Positions 25,036-34,278 of a stretch of DNA of 36,491 nucleotides are shown piece by piece. Position 1 is the first letter of the stretch; each line of letters begins with the position of its first letter. The notes under the pieces were generated by a model, which saw only the letters and a program-made list of their open reading frames with translations, did not search any database and was not told the origin of the DNA. The position numbers and the translations under genes were made by a program. The DNA is taken from the NCBI GenBank assembly GCA_038046025.1, contig JBBSWZ010000075.1, positions 1-36,491 of the forward strand, read 5' to 3'. This stretch comes from Nanobdellota archaeon. Lineage in GTDB: Archaea; Nanobdellota; Nanobdellia; SCGC-AAA011-G17; JACPIM01.

Positions 25036-25137
25036 TTTTACCTCAGGTTTAAAAAGAATGGCTTATAGCCTTAATAAAATTTACTGATATATAAATCATA
25101 CGGTAAGTTTTTATATGCTATATTAAAGGTAAAAAGG

Positions 25138-26175
25138 ATGCTAAAAACGCTTATGATTGGTTTAACACCTCCATTAGAAGGCGGGAGTGAGAGGCATATA
25201 TTTGAGGTAGCTTCTAGGATGGATAATGTCGTTGTTTTAACTCAAAAAGGGAGTTTATGTAAGGATAAAATAGAGATTTATGTTTCTAAAATGAGAGGTT
25301 ATATGCAGAGTTTGACTTTCTTTTTATCTGTTTTTTTTAATTTACCTAGAATATTTTTATCAAAGTTTGATACTGTACATATTCATGAGAATTATTTGTT
25401 TTTGTTATTACCTTTATTTAAAATAAAATTTAATACTGTAGTTACTATACATGGAATTAGTGGATTTAGATTTTATGAAAATAAGTTAATATGGAGCATT
25501 TTTAGGAAAGTTTTGAAGTTTTCTGATAAGATAATTGTAGTAAGTTTACCTGAGAAACATATTTTAGAGGAGGAATTTAAGAATACTTATTATATTACAA
25601 ATGGGGTAGATAATTCTGTTTATGATGATATTAGAGTTGATGTAGAGAAAAAAATAACTTTTGTTGGAAGGATTCATGAACAAAAAGGGATTTTGTATTT
25701 ACTTGAAGCTTTTTATAAAATTAAGGATAAAAGACCTGAATTTAGACTAGAGCTTATTGGAGAGATAAATGATGAAGCTAAAGAGTTTATGAGGAAGTTT
25801 CCTGATAAAAGAATAATTTGGAGAGGATTTATACTTGATAGAAAAGAATTATTTAGAGAAATAAAATCATCATATGTATTAGTTTATCCTTCTTTATGGG
25901 AAGCTTTACCATGGCCCGCTTTATTAGAGGGCTTAGGATCTGGAAGACCTGCTATAGCTTCTGATCTTAAAGGAATGAATGAAATTTTTTTAAATAAGGA
26001 GAATATTTTGTTAGTTGAGTCTAAAAATTCTGATGATATATATGAAAAATTATTAAAAGTAATTGAAGATGAGAAATTTGCTAATTTTATAGGTAGTAAC
26101 GGAAAAAAAGAAGCTAAGAAATATGATTGGGGTAATATTGTTATTAAAGTTAATGAGGTGTTGAGTAAATGGTAA
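25138..26175 (+). CDS. GT4-family (GT-B) glycosyltransferase
   Basis: 345 aa. ...ITFVGRIHEQKG..., ...VYPSLWEALPWPALLEGLGSGRPAIASD... (E-x7-E motif). Confidence 0.8.
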   Translation: MLKTLMIGLTPPLEGGSERHIFEVASRMDNVVVLTQKGSLCKDKIEIYVSKMRGYMQSLTFFLSVFFNLPRIFLSKFDTVHIHENYLFLLLPLFKIKFNTVVTIHGISGFRFYENKLIWSIFRKVLKFSDKIIVVSLPEKHILEEEFKNTYYITNGVDNSVYDDIRVDVEKKITFVGRIHEQKGILYLLEAFYKIKDKRPEFRLELIGEINDEAKEFMRKFPDKRIIWRGFILDRKELFREIKSSYVLVYPSLWEALPWPALLEGLGSGRPAIASDLKGMNEIFLNKENILLVESKNSDDIYEKLLKVIEDEKFANFIGSNGKKEAKKYDWGNIVIKVNEVLSKW

Positions 26176-26858
26176 ATGCATGGGAAAAATATTATCAAGA
26201 AAGGAAAACAAATTATTTTGGAGAAACTATTAGCGATGCTTCTGATATTATAAAAATTTTAGATATTAAAGAAAGTGATATTGTTTTAGATATAGGTGCA
26301 GGTCCTGGTGCTCATTTAGAATATATGAGACAGAAAATTCCTAATGTGAAATGTATGGGCATTGAAATTTCTCCTACTGCTATAAAGAAAAAATTGTCTA
26401 AAGAACTGGATATTAGATTAGGGGATATGAGAAAAATGCCTTTTAGAAATGAATCTGTGAATAAAGTTTTTTCTTTAGGTACTGTTGAGCATGTTCCTGA
26501 TACTTTGCAAGTTTTAAGAGAAATTTATAGAGTTACCAAATCCGGAGGCAAAATTTATTTAACTATCCCTAATAAAATATCTTTTTTTCATATTACAAAA
26601 AATTTTAAAATGTTGATTGGAAAATGGGATATTGGATATGAAGCTAGTTTTAGTCCTAGACAATTTAGGAAACTATTGCATAAAGTGGGATTTAAGAATG
26701 CTAAATATTTTATTATGCCTCATCCTAGGGTAAATAATATCTTTAATTATATGGATAATAGGTTAAATAAGTTTAAAGGAAAATATTTTGGATTTTTTTT
26801 ACACTTTGTTGCAGAAAAGAACTCTTTAGAAAATAGTTCGCAGAAAGAAGAAAGATGA
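26169..26858 (+). CDS. Class I SAM-dependent methyltransferase (Methyltransf_11-like)
   Basis: Motif I is VLDIGAGPGAH. ...GIEIS..., ...VNKVFSLGTVEHV.... Its ATG overlaps the GT4 stop (ATGGTAA). Confidence 0.8.
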   Translation: MVNAWEKYYQERKTNYFGETISDASDIIKILDIKESDIVLDIGAGPGAHLEYMRQKIPNVKCMGIEISPTAIKKKLSKELDIRLGDMRKMPFRNESVNKVFSLGTVEHVPDTLQVLREIYRVTKSGGKIYLTIPNKISFFHITKNFKMLIGKWDIGYEASFSPRQFRKLLHKVGFKNAKYFIMPHPRVNNIFNYMDNRLNKFKGKYFGFFLHFVAEKNSLENSSQKEER

Positions 26859-27646
26859 GATTAGTTAATATATCTGTGGATGTTGAAAAAGATTTACATA
26901 GTGATAGTTTTTTGGGGGTTACTAATGGTTTGAAACTTTTTGAAAAATTAGCTGAGAAATATAATTTTAAACCAACTTTATTCGTTACTGGTGATGTTAT
27001 AGAGAAACATGGGAATATATTTAAGATTTTACAAGATAAAGGGTGGGAAATAGGATATCATTCTTATAATCATAAGAGATATGATGAGATGTCATTTAAA
27101 GAAAAAGAAGAAGATATTAGAAAAGGTTTAGTGATTTTTGAGAAATATGGATTAAAAATGAAAGGTTTTAGAGCTCCACAGCATAGTATTGATAAAGAAA
27201 CGTTTAGTTTATTAAAGAAAAATGAATTTAAGTATGATTCTTCAATTGCTGCGAAAGATGGACATCAATTAGTACATGTTTTTAAGATTGTGAATAAGAA
27301 ACCATGGAATTGGTTGAAACAAGTTTTTTCTAAAAGTGATCCTTATAATAAAAATGGAGTTTATGAGATACCTACGAGTGCTTTGTTTTTTTCTTTTGTT
27401 GGATATTCATTGAGAGTTTTTCCTTTAGTTTTTATAAAATTTTTATTCTTGATTTTTTTTAGAAGGAAAATAGTTGTTTTTTATTGTCATTCTTGGGATT
27501 TTATAGAATTAAAGAATAGTTTAACTTATAGGGTTTGTAATTTGAATAAATTCTTAAATAGACTGGATAAATTATTGTTTTTTATGGCTAAGAAAGGCAA
27601 ATTTGTGAAGTTGGAGGATGTTCATGAAAATATTAATCGTAACTGA
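26855..27646 (+). CDS. Polysaccharide deacetylase (CE4 / NodB-homology) family protein
   Basis: ISVDVEKD (DVE-type motif 1), EIGYHSYNH (H-x4-H zinc motif) and FRAPQH (R-x-P motif). ATGA overlap with the upstream stop. Confidence 0.65.
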   Translation: MRLVNISVDVEKDLHSDSFLGVTNGLKLFEKLAEKYNFKPTLFVTGDVIEKHGNIFKILQDKGWEIGYHSYNHKRYDEMSFKEKEEDIRKGLVIFEKYGLKMKGFRAPQHSIDKETFSLLKKNEFKYDSSIAAKDGHQLVHVFKIVNKKPWNWLKQVFSKSDPYNKNGVYEIPTSALFFSFVGYSLRVFPLVFIKFLFLIFFRRKIVVFYCHSWDFIELKNSLTYRVCNLNKFLNRLDKLLFFMAKKGKFVKLEDVHENINRN

Positions 27647-28727
27647 TTTTTCACATCCTAGTGTGTGTGGAGTTTGGAATAGAGCTTATAATGATGCAAA
27701 ATATTTAGTTAGTAGGGGTCATGATGTTCATATTTTTTCTAGTGACATTATAAAAGGAAGTAATGATAGATCTGGTATTTATGAAGAATATGAAGGGATT
27801 AAGATTCATAGATTTAAAGCTAAAAGGTTAAGTGAGAATATCTTATTTTGGAAGTTTAAGAAAGAATTTTTAGAATTAAATCCTGATATTGTGCATGCAC
27901 ATAACTACAGACATCCTTGTACTCATTTAGCTTTGAAATATTCTAAGTTGATTAATAAACCGTGTTATTTGACTACTCATGCTCCTTTTGTTAGTAAAGA
28001 AATTAGAGGTTGGTTTAAGACTTTTTTAGCTGATAGATATGATAAGCAGTTTAAAAATGAGTTAAATGAATTTACTAAAGTTATAACTATAAGTAAATGG
28101 GAAGAGCCTTTTTTGTTGGATTTGGGTTTAAATCAAGATAAAATTGTTTATATCCCTAATAGTATACCTGGTGATATTTTTAGAGAGAAAGTTTGGTCAC
28201 AAAGAACTACGCCGAGAGTTTTATTTTTAGGAAGAGTTGATCCTATAAAAAATATTGAATGTTTGATTAGAGCTGTTGAAAATATTGAGGAATTGGAGGT
28301 TAGTATTGTTGGGCCTTATAATAATGGATATTGTGAAAAACTAAGATGGATGCTTGTTGAAAGAGGAATGAGTCATAGAGTTAAATTTTTAGGACCTGTT
28401 TTTGATAAAGATAAAAAAATTGAATTATTTAATACGCATGATGTTTTTGTTTTGCCTAGTTTTAGAGAAGCTATGCCACAGAGTTTGATAGAAGCAATGG
28501 CTGCTGGTTTAGTTGTAATTAGTTCTAAAACTGATGGTGGGAAAGAATTAGTTAGGCATGGTGAGAACGGATATTTATTTGAGATTAATAATAATAGAGA
28601 ATTGGCTAGTTTATTAAAGAATTATAAGAGTAATGATATTGTTACTAAAAATGCTATGGAATTTGCTAAGCAATTTAATGAAGATTTAATTGGTGATAAA
28701 TTATTGGGACTGTACGGGAAGAATTAA
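27624..28727 (+). CDS. GT4-family (GT-B) glycosyltransferase
   Basis: MKILIVTDF..., ...VLFLGRVDPIKN..., ...VLPSFREAMPQSLIEAMAAGLVVISS... (E-x7-E). A GGAGG SD (27613-27617) lies 6 nt before ATG 27624. The track start 27618 abuts the SD, so I disfavour it. Confidence 0.8.
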   Translation: MKILIVTDFSHPSVCGVWNRAYNDAKYLVSRGHDVHIFSSDIIKGSNDRSGIYEEYEGIKIHRFKAKRLSENILFWKFKKEFLELNPDIVHAHNYRHPCTHLALKYSKLINKPCYLTTHAPFVSKEIRGWFKTFLADRYDKQFKNELNEFTKVITISKWEEPFLLDLGLNQDKIVYIPNSIPGDIFREKVWSQRTTPRVLFLGRVDPIKNIECLIRAVENIEELEVSIVGPYNNGYCEKLRWMLVERGMSHRVKFLGPVFDKDKKIELFNTHDVFVLPSFREAMPQSLIEAMAAGLVVISSKTDGGKELVRHGENGYLFEINNNRELASLLKNYKSNDIVTKNAMEFAKQFNEDLIGDKLLGLYGKN

Positions 28728-28733
28728 AATAAA

Positions 28734-29318
28734 ATGAATACTGATAATACTAAGGATACGGAAGGTGAAAATTTAATTGCAGATTTTTTTGAGGAGAGGG
28801 GAATTGGATATGTGCCATATAAGGAAATTAAAGATCTGAAGGAAGATGATAAATTTTTTCGAGTCTCAGATTTCTACTTACCCGACTATAAGGTGTATGT
28901 TGAATTCCTAGGTCAATGGAACAATCCCAATCACAAAAAGAGATACCAAAGGAAAATAGCAATATACAATGCCAATAATATTCTATGTGTATATCTATGG
29001 CCAAACAATTTGGGTAATTTAGACTGGATAATAAAAAGGAGAATTACTGCTGCTTATTTGAAGCACAATAAGAGGTGGTTGTTATTTAAATATGAACTCT
29101 TTAAATATATAGAAGAACGAGGATTGCCTGTATTTGTATTGGGAATACTAATTTATTATTTGAATAGTTTTCCTGCGAAAATAGTATTCGGTGCTCTTTT
29201 GCTGATTCATCTTTTCACTTCTTTAAAGAAAAGTATTAAAAGGATTTACACAATTAAAAGATCTGAATGGGTCTCTGGATCCAAATATAATAATGTGTAT
29301 TCTGAAGAACAAAACTAA
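28734..29318 (+). CDS. Hypothetical membrane protein with an N-terminal PD-(D/E)xK-nuclease-like core
   Basis: 194 aa. E..IADFFEERGIGYVPYKEI...RVSDFYLPDYKVYVEFLGQW... resembles the restriction-endonuclease-like fold seen in Vsr, DUF559 and the helicase IV N-terminal domain (Y.yE....PDFyLp...iyiEy.G). Two C-terminal hydrophobic helices (LPVFVLGILIYYL; IVFGALLLIHLF). Confidence 0.35.
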   Translation: MNTDNTKDTEGENLIADFFEERGIGYVPYKEIKDLKEDDKFFRVSDFYLPDYKVYVEFLGQWNNPNHKKRYQRKIAIYNANNILCVYLWPNNLGNLDWIIKRRITAAYLKHNKRWLLFKYELFKYIEERGLPVFVLGILIYYLNSFPAKIVFGALLLIHLFTSLKKSIKRIYTIKRSEWVSGSKYNNVYSEEQN

Positions 29319-30397
29319 ATCTGTGCTTGATTTTTATAACAAGTTGCACAAACTAAGTCTAGTTTAGGATCTGGTTTGTAATTTTTTCTATTTAACATTC
29401 TAGCCGCAATATATTTTTCATTATTCCATATTTCCATAAATGGAGTTTCATTTACATTACCAAAATCAAACTTTTCATGCCAGATAGCACAACATGGTGA
29501 AACGGAACCGTTAGGATGAACCATTGCTTGAGTCCAAAGCCAGATGCAGTCATCATTTCTTATGTTTTTCTTTTCTTTTTTAGAATAATTATACATTGAG
29601 TAACCTTCATCAGTTGGTAAAAAGTCTTTTGCACTTTCAAATTGTTTATCATTATCCATTAATACTTCACGACCCATATCACATCTGAAAGGAGCTAGTT
29701 CTAATCTATCTACTCCAATTTCTTTAGCCATTTTTTGTGCTTTAGGTATTTCATGTTCATTATGTTTTGTGACTATAAATCTCCATTGTACAAATGGTTT
29801 CTTACTTTTCAGTTTTTTCTTCATTTTAACAATTTTTGTCATGAATTCTATTCCTTTTTCAAAATTGCTTCCTACTTGATATGTTTCCACTGATTCTTGA
29901 GATGCTCCGTCTAGGGAAACGATTAGTAAACCAAGTTGGGATTCTACTGTTTTTCTTATGATTTCATCATTAAATACCATTCCATTGGTGCTTAACATTG
30001 TGTGTATCTTTTTTTTATTTGCGTATTCAATCATGTCAAATAAATATTTACTTAAGAAAGGCTCACCCCAACCATATAAATCAACTTCGAAAGTATAATC
30101 TCCTACTTCATCAATAACTTTTTTGTATGTTTTCCATGGTGTCATTGCTTTTGTCCTTCCTTCTAGTCCAATACCTGTTGGGCAATGTTTGCATTTTAGA
30201 TTACATAGATTAGTTGGATCTATTTTGATTCTAAAAGGATAACTAGTAAGTTTAGCTCTTTTTAGAAGCTTCCACTGTATTACCGCTGACAGAACATTGT
30301 ATTTTCTTTTCATAGTGGAGTTTTCAGCAAACATAAATTGGCCCATTCTAACTACAGCTTTCTGCAGTACGTTTAGATTATTGATAAATCCTCCCAT
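29315..30397 (-). CDS. Radical SAM enzyme with C-terminal SPASM/twitch-like Cys-rich domain
   Basis: 360 aa. The cluster motif is CNLKCKHCPTG (C-x3-C-x2-C). GWGEPFL. The C-terminus has CIWLWTQAMVHPNGSVSPCCAIW...FGN...LVCATCYKN, typical of SPASM auxiliary-cluster domains. An AAGGTG SD lies upstream of ATG 30397. Confidence 0.75.
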   Translation of the reverse strand: MGGFINNLNVLQKAVVRMGQFMFAENSTMKRKYNVLSAVIQWKLLKRAKLTSYPFRIKIDPTNLCNLKCKHCPTGIGLEGRTKAMTPWKTYKKVIDEVGDYTFEVDLYGWGEPFLSKYLFDMIEYANKKKIHTMLSTNGMVFNDEIIRKTVESQLGLLIVSLDGASQESVETYQVGSNFEKGIEFMTKIVKMKKKLKSKKPFVQWRFIVTKHNEHEIPKAQKMAKEIGVDRLELAPFRCDMGREVLMDNDKQFESAKDFLPTDEGYSMYNYSKKEKKNIRNDDCIWLWTQAMVHPNGSVSPCCAIWHEKFDFGNVNETPFMEIWNNEKYIAARMLNRKNYKPDPKLDLVCATCYKNQAQI

Positions 30398-30437
30398 AAA
30401 AAAACACCTTGTTTAATGGTATTTAAGTAAAGATCAT

Positions 30438-31730
30438 TTATAAGTATTTCTGTAAGAAAGAATCGAAAGTTGAGACTACAAAATCCCTCATTTCTCTGGT
30501 TAAACCTGGCCAACAGCCTATGTAGAATGAGTTTTTAGAGAAAAATTCTGTATTTGGAAGTTCTGAGGACCTATGCTTTATGTTTAAAAATGCTGGATGT
30601 TTGATTAAATTTCCTCCTAATAAAGGTCTTGTTTCTATATTATGTTCATTTAAATGTTTGATTAGCGCTTCTCTTTTAAATGGGGTATATTTTTTTATTG
30701 TGATTGGGTAAGAAAACCAGCTTGGTGAAGAATTGTTTGTTGCTTTTGGCAAAGTTAAGAATTTCTCATATTTTTTTAAGTTTTCATTATAGAAATTTAC
30801 GTTTTCCTGTCTTTTTTTAATAAATTGATCTAGTCTTGGTAATTGTTGTAGACCAATTGCTGGTTGTAAGTCTAGCACTCTTAATTTGTAACCTGGGTTC
30901 ATTGTCACTGTCCTTTCATCATAATCTGGAAGTTTTGAAAGTTCTTCCTCCCATGCAGGATCTTTATTTTGGTTTCTAATATCATAAACTCCACAGGTTT
31001 TTAATGATCTTATTGTTGGAGCAAAAGAAGCATCTTTCATTGTAATTGCACCACCTTCCCCCATAAAAATTGCATGGGCTCCATGAAATGAGAAACATCC
31101 TAGGTCTCCAATTGTACCAACTTTTTTTCCATTGTAAATTGCTCCATGAGCACCACAACAATCTTCTATAACAAATAGATTATGTTTTTTAGCTATCTCC
31201 ATAATTTTATTCATCTGCGCTGGATTTCCTAAATGATGTGTAACTAAGATAGCTTTTGTTTTTTCTGAGATCATGTTTTCAATTAAATCTGGATTTAGAT
31301 TGTAATTTTCATCTACATCGACAAAAACAGAAGTTAGATTATTAAGAACTATTGAACTTAAGTTTGTTGAGAATGTTAAAGCTGATGTTATTACTTCGTC
31401 TCCTTCATTTAAATGATTTTTAATAAATTTATTTTTTAAAGTTGATAAAGCTAATAATAAAGCTGATGATCCTGAATTAACTAAAACTGTTTCTGGGATA
31501 TTGTTATAATTAGACCATTCTTTTTCAAATTGTTCTGTGTTTTTTCCTTCTGGCAACCAACCTGATAATAAAACGTCTATTGCTGCATTTAATTCTTTTT
31601 CATCATAAATTGGCTCGCAATAAGAAATTTTTCTTTGTTTTGGTATGAAAACATCTTGTTTTTTCTGAAGTTTTAGAAATTTTGCTACATTATTATAAAT
31701 TTCTTGTTTAATTTTATCTGATTCAGTCAT
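30438..31730 (-). CDS. DegT-family PLP/PMP enzyme with Lys->His active site (ColD/E1-type sugar 3-dehydratase-like)
   Basis: 430 aa. VNSGSSALLLAL, VIEDCCGAHGA. FSFHGAHAIFMGEGG aligns without gaps to FSFYPGKNLGAFGDAG of the aminotransferase at 8695..9795, placing His219 (codon CAT, reverse complement of 31074-31076) at the Schiff-base Lys position. Confidence 0.75.
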   Translation of the reverse strand: MTESDKIKQEIYNNVAKFLKLQKKQDVFIPKQRKISYCEPIYDEKELNAAIDVLLSGWLPEGKNTEQFEKEWSNYNNIPETVLVNSGSSALLLALSTLKNKFIKNHLNEGDEVITSALTFSTNLSSIVLNNLTSVFVDVDENYNLNPDLIENMISEKTKAILVTHHLGNPAQMNKIMEIAKKHNLFVIEDCCGAHGAIYNGKKVGTIGDLGCFSFHGAHAIFMGEGGAITMKDASFAPTIRSLKTCGVYDIRNQNKDPAWEEELSKLPDYDERTVTMNPGYKLRVLDLQPAIGLQQLPRLDQFIKKRQENVNFYNENLKKYEKFLTLPKATNNSSPSWFSYPITIKKYTPFKREALIKHLNEHNIETRPLLGGNLIKHPAFLNIKHRSSELPNTEFFSKNSFYIGCWPGLTREMRDFVVSTFDSFLQKYL

Positions 31731-32413
31731 CTTACTATTCTAACAGGCATGAATGCTTCTGCTGCTTTTATACCTACTTCTGCTCCTCTTTTTTTTGCTA
31801 ATACTTCTAGGTATTCTACAGATCTTGGGAATGGGAATTCTCGTAATTCATCTTTATAGGCTTTCATTGCTTCTATTTTTTTATACAATGTTTTTTCTAC
31901 ATTAACATAAACTGAAGGTATGAAAGCGTTTGCTGGATGTGGAGCAACCCATTCTGTTGATGACGGGACTTCGTAACATAATATTTCAGTTGGTCTATGT
32001 TCCCAAACTGGTCTGCATGCTGTAACTGTTGCCCTATGTAGAATAGAATGATCAATATTTAATTCTGCTGATCCATGAGTATAGATTATATCTGGTTTTA
32101 TTTTTTCAATATATTTCATTATTAGTTTTACAAAGTCAATTAATGGTGTTTGATCAAATATTAAACCACGCTTTCCTATAACTTCGAAACTTTTTATTCC
32201 TAGAATTTTAGCTGCATCCATTGCATGATCTTTTATTGCTTGTACTTTTTTAGCTACTTCTTCTGTATATTCATCATAACGAGCAGAAACTCCATCTCCT
32301 ACTATAACTACATGAACTTCATCTCCTTGTTCTGCATGTTTAGCTATAGTTGCTCCAGCTCCCAAGGTTTCATCATCAGGATGAGCTCCTATTACTAGTA
32401 TCTTTTTATTCAT
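31727..32413 (-). CDS. PIG-L/LmbE-family de-N-acetylase
   Basis: MNKKILVIGAHPDDETLGAGATI (the AHPDDE signature), ...HVVIVGDG..., ...HSILHRA.... I chose the internal ATG at 32411-32413 because the longer track ORF (to 32476) would overlap the upstream gene by 56 nt. ATGA overlap with the downstream gene. Confidence 0.8.
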   Translation of the reverse strand: MNKKILVIGAHPDDETLGAGATIAKHAEQGDEVHVVIVGDGVSARYDEYTEEVAKKVQAIKDHAMDAAKILGIKSFEVIGKRGLIFDQTPLIDFVKLIMKYIEKIKPDIIYTHGSAELNIDHSILHRATVTACRPVWEHRPTEILCYEVPSSTEWVAPHPANAFIPSVYVNVEKTLYKKIEAMKAYKDELREFPFPRSVEYLEVLAKKRGAEVGIKAAEAFMPVRIVR

Positions 32414-32420
32414 TTTTTTA

Positions 32421-33167
32421 TTATTTTTTAAGATCCTTTTTAAAGTTTTGTAGATCATCATGAATTGAAAAATCAATATCTGGTTCTAAATAAAGGTCTT
32501 TTGGTCTTCGAATTTCTTTTTTTTCTTCTTGTGATTTAGTTGAGATTACCCTTGATTTGTCTATGTTAAAAATTTCACAAACTTTTAATGCAAATTCATA
32601 AAAGGATAGCTTTTCTTTTGTTACTACATTTAAAATTCCCGTTTTATCTTTTAATTTAAAAATATAATCTGCTAATGTTCCCATGTAAATGGGATTGAAA
32701 AATTTATCATTATAAGCATTTAAATTTTCTTTTGTGTTTAGTAGTTGATTTATAATAAAAGTTTTTGTATCATAAATATCTGTTCTAATTACTAAGCCTT
32801 CTTGTGAAGCAAATGCTTCAGATGCTAATTTTGACCATCCATATTCATTTACTGGCTTTAAAGTATAATTTGATGAGAAATGGATTAACTTAGCGTTTAC
32901 TTTTCTTGCTGCTTCTACTAGGTATTTTACTGCTAATGTATTTACTTTCCAACATTCTTCTGGATTTTTATTACAATACTCGATATCAGTTATTGCTGCA
33001 CAATTTATTATTAAAGAAGGTTTTTCTTTTAGGATTAGATTAGTTATTTGTTCTTTGTTTGAGATATCAACTTTATCTTTATCATAGCCTATAACTTCTG
33101 GATGTTTTTTTAATATGAAAGAGGCTAATCTCCCTTTTGATCCTAATAATAAGATTTTTTCTTTCAT
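32421..33167 (-). CDS. Short-chain dehydrogenase/reductase, RmlD-like (NDP-4-keto-sugar reductase type)
   Basis: 248 aa. The N-terminal ILLLGSKGRLASF is a degenerate Gly-rich loop. ...INCAAITD.... Catalytic Y-x3-K in NEYGWSKLASE. Confidence 0.6.
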   Translation of the reverse strand: MKEKILLLGSKGRLASFILKKHPEVIGYDKDKVDISNKEQITNLILKEKPSLIINCAAITDIEYCNKNPEECWKVNTLAVKYLVEAARKVNAKLIHFSSNYTLKPVNEYGWSKLASEAFASQEGLVIRTDIYDTKTFIINQLLNTKENLNAYNDKFFNPIYMGTLADYIFKLKDKTGILNVVTKEKLSFYEFALKVCEIFNIDKSRVISTKSQEEKKEIRRPKDLYLEPDIDFSIHDDLQNFKKDLKK

Positions 33168-33168
33168 T

Positions 33169-34230
33169 TTAAATTGGCTGTCTAAATTCTTGAGGACCTA
33201 AATGTTTAACTGTATCTTCTTGTGTTGTTCCTGGTTTATCAAGCCAACCTCCTTGCCTTAGTAATATTTTTATTTCTTCTTTGTTTAGTTGTCTAGTATT
33301 TACAGAACTAAATGCGTCTGGTAAACTTGTTTTTTTATGATTTTTATAGTGTTCTTTAATACCTGGAACTTCTACTGATGGTAGAACTATAAAATAATGT
33401 TCATCATCTATTATATTGTTTCTTTCATGTTTTGATAATAATACTTCATCAATTTTTTCTCCTGGTCTTATCCCAATTGTTTTTATGTTTGTTTTGTTAT
33501 TTCCTAATTCCTCAATCATGGCTTTGATTAGATCTGTGATTTTCATTCCTGGCATCTTCATTACGAATAACTCACCACCAAATGATTTTTCTAATGCTTT
33601 GAATATTAAAGAAACTGCGTCTGATAAAGTAAAAATAAATCTGGTCATTCTTTCATCTGTTAATGTTATTTCATTATTTTCAAGAATTTGACGTTTAAAT
33701 AATGGTATTACAGATTCAGATGAGCCTATAACGTTTCCTCCCCGAATATATGAGAATTTTGTTATGTGATGTTCTGAGTTTGCAGCAATTGTTAGTTTTT
33801 CAGCACAATTTTTCGTTATCCCATATAAATTATATGGTTCGCAGGCTTTATCAGATGAAACTCCTATTACTTTTTTTACATTGTTTTGAATTGATGCTTC
33901 GATTAAATTTTGAGTTCCTATTATATTTGTTCTTATAGCTTCAATAGGTTGAGCTTCGCAAATATGAACATGTTTTAAGGCTGCTAAATGAATTACGTAA
34001 TCAACTCCTTTTAATGAAGAGGATAATCTTTCTTTGTCTCTTACGTCTCCTATTATAAATTTTAGAACTTTATTGTTTTGATATTGTCTTTGCATTAAAA
34101 CTTGCTTGTTTTCATTTCTGCTATATACCCTAATTTCTTTAGGATTGTATTTTTCTAATAGTTGTCTTACTAGTTCTTGCCCCCAAGAACCGGTTCCTCC
34201 TGTTACAAGTATAGTAGAGTTATCAAACAT
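33169..34230 (-). CDS. PseB/CapD/FnlA-like NDP-HexNAc 4,6-dehydratase (extended SDR)
   Basis: 353 aa. ILVTGGTGSWGQELVRQLL, IHLAALKHV, SSDKACEPYNLYGITK (Y-x3-K), and RGGNVIGS...RMTRFIFT, typical of the polysaccharide-biosynthesis CapD/PseB clade. Confidence 0.8.
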   Translation of the reverse strand: MFDNSTILVTGGTGSWGQELVRQLLEKYNPKEIRVYSRNENKQVLMQRQYQNNKVLKFIIGDVRDKERLSSSLKGVDYVIHLAALKHVHICEAQPIEAIRTNIIGTQNLIEASIQNNVKKVIGVSSDKACEPYNLYGITKNCAEKLTIAANSEHHITKFSYIRGGNVIGSSESVIPLFKRQILENNEITLTDERMTRFIFTLSDAVSLIFKALEKSFGGELFVMKMPGMKITDLIKAMIEELGNNKTNIKTIGIRPGEKIDEVLLSKHERNNIIDDEHYFIVLPSVEVPGIKEHYKNHKKTSLPDAFSSVNTRQLNKEEIKILLRQGGWLDKPGTTQEDTVKHLGPQEFRQPI

Positions 34231-34278
34231 TGGTTTTTGTATATAGTGTTTCTTTATAAAATTAATGGGAAAGATTTA

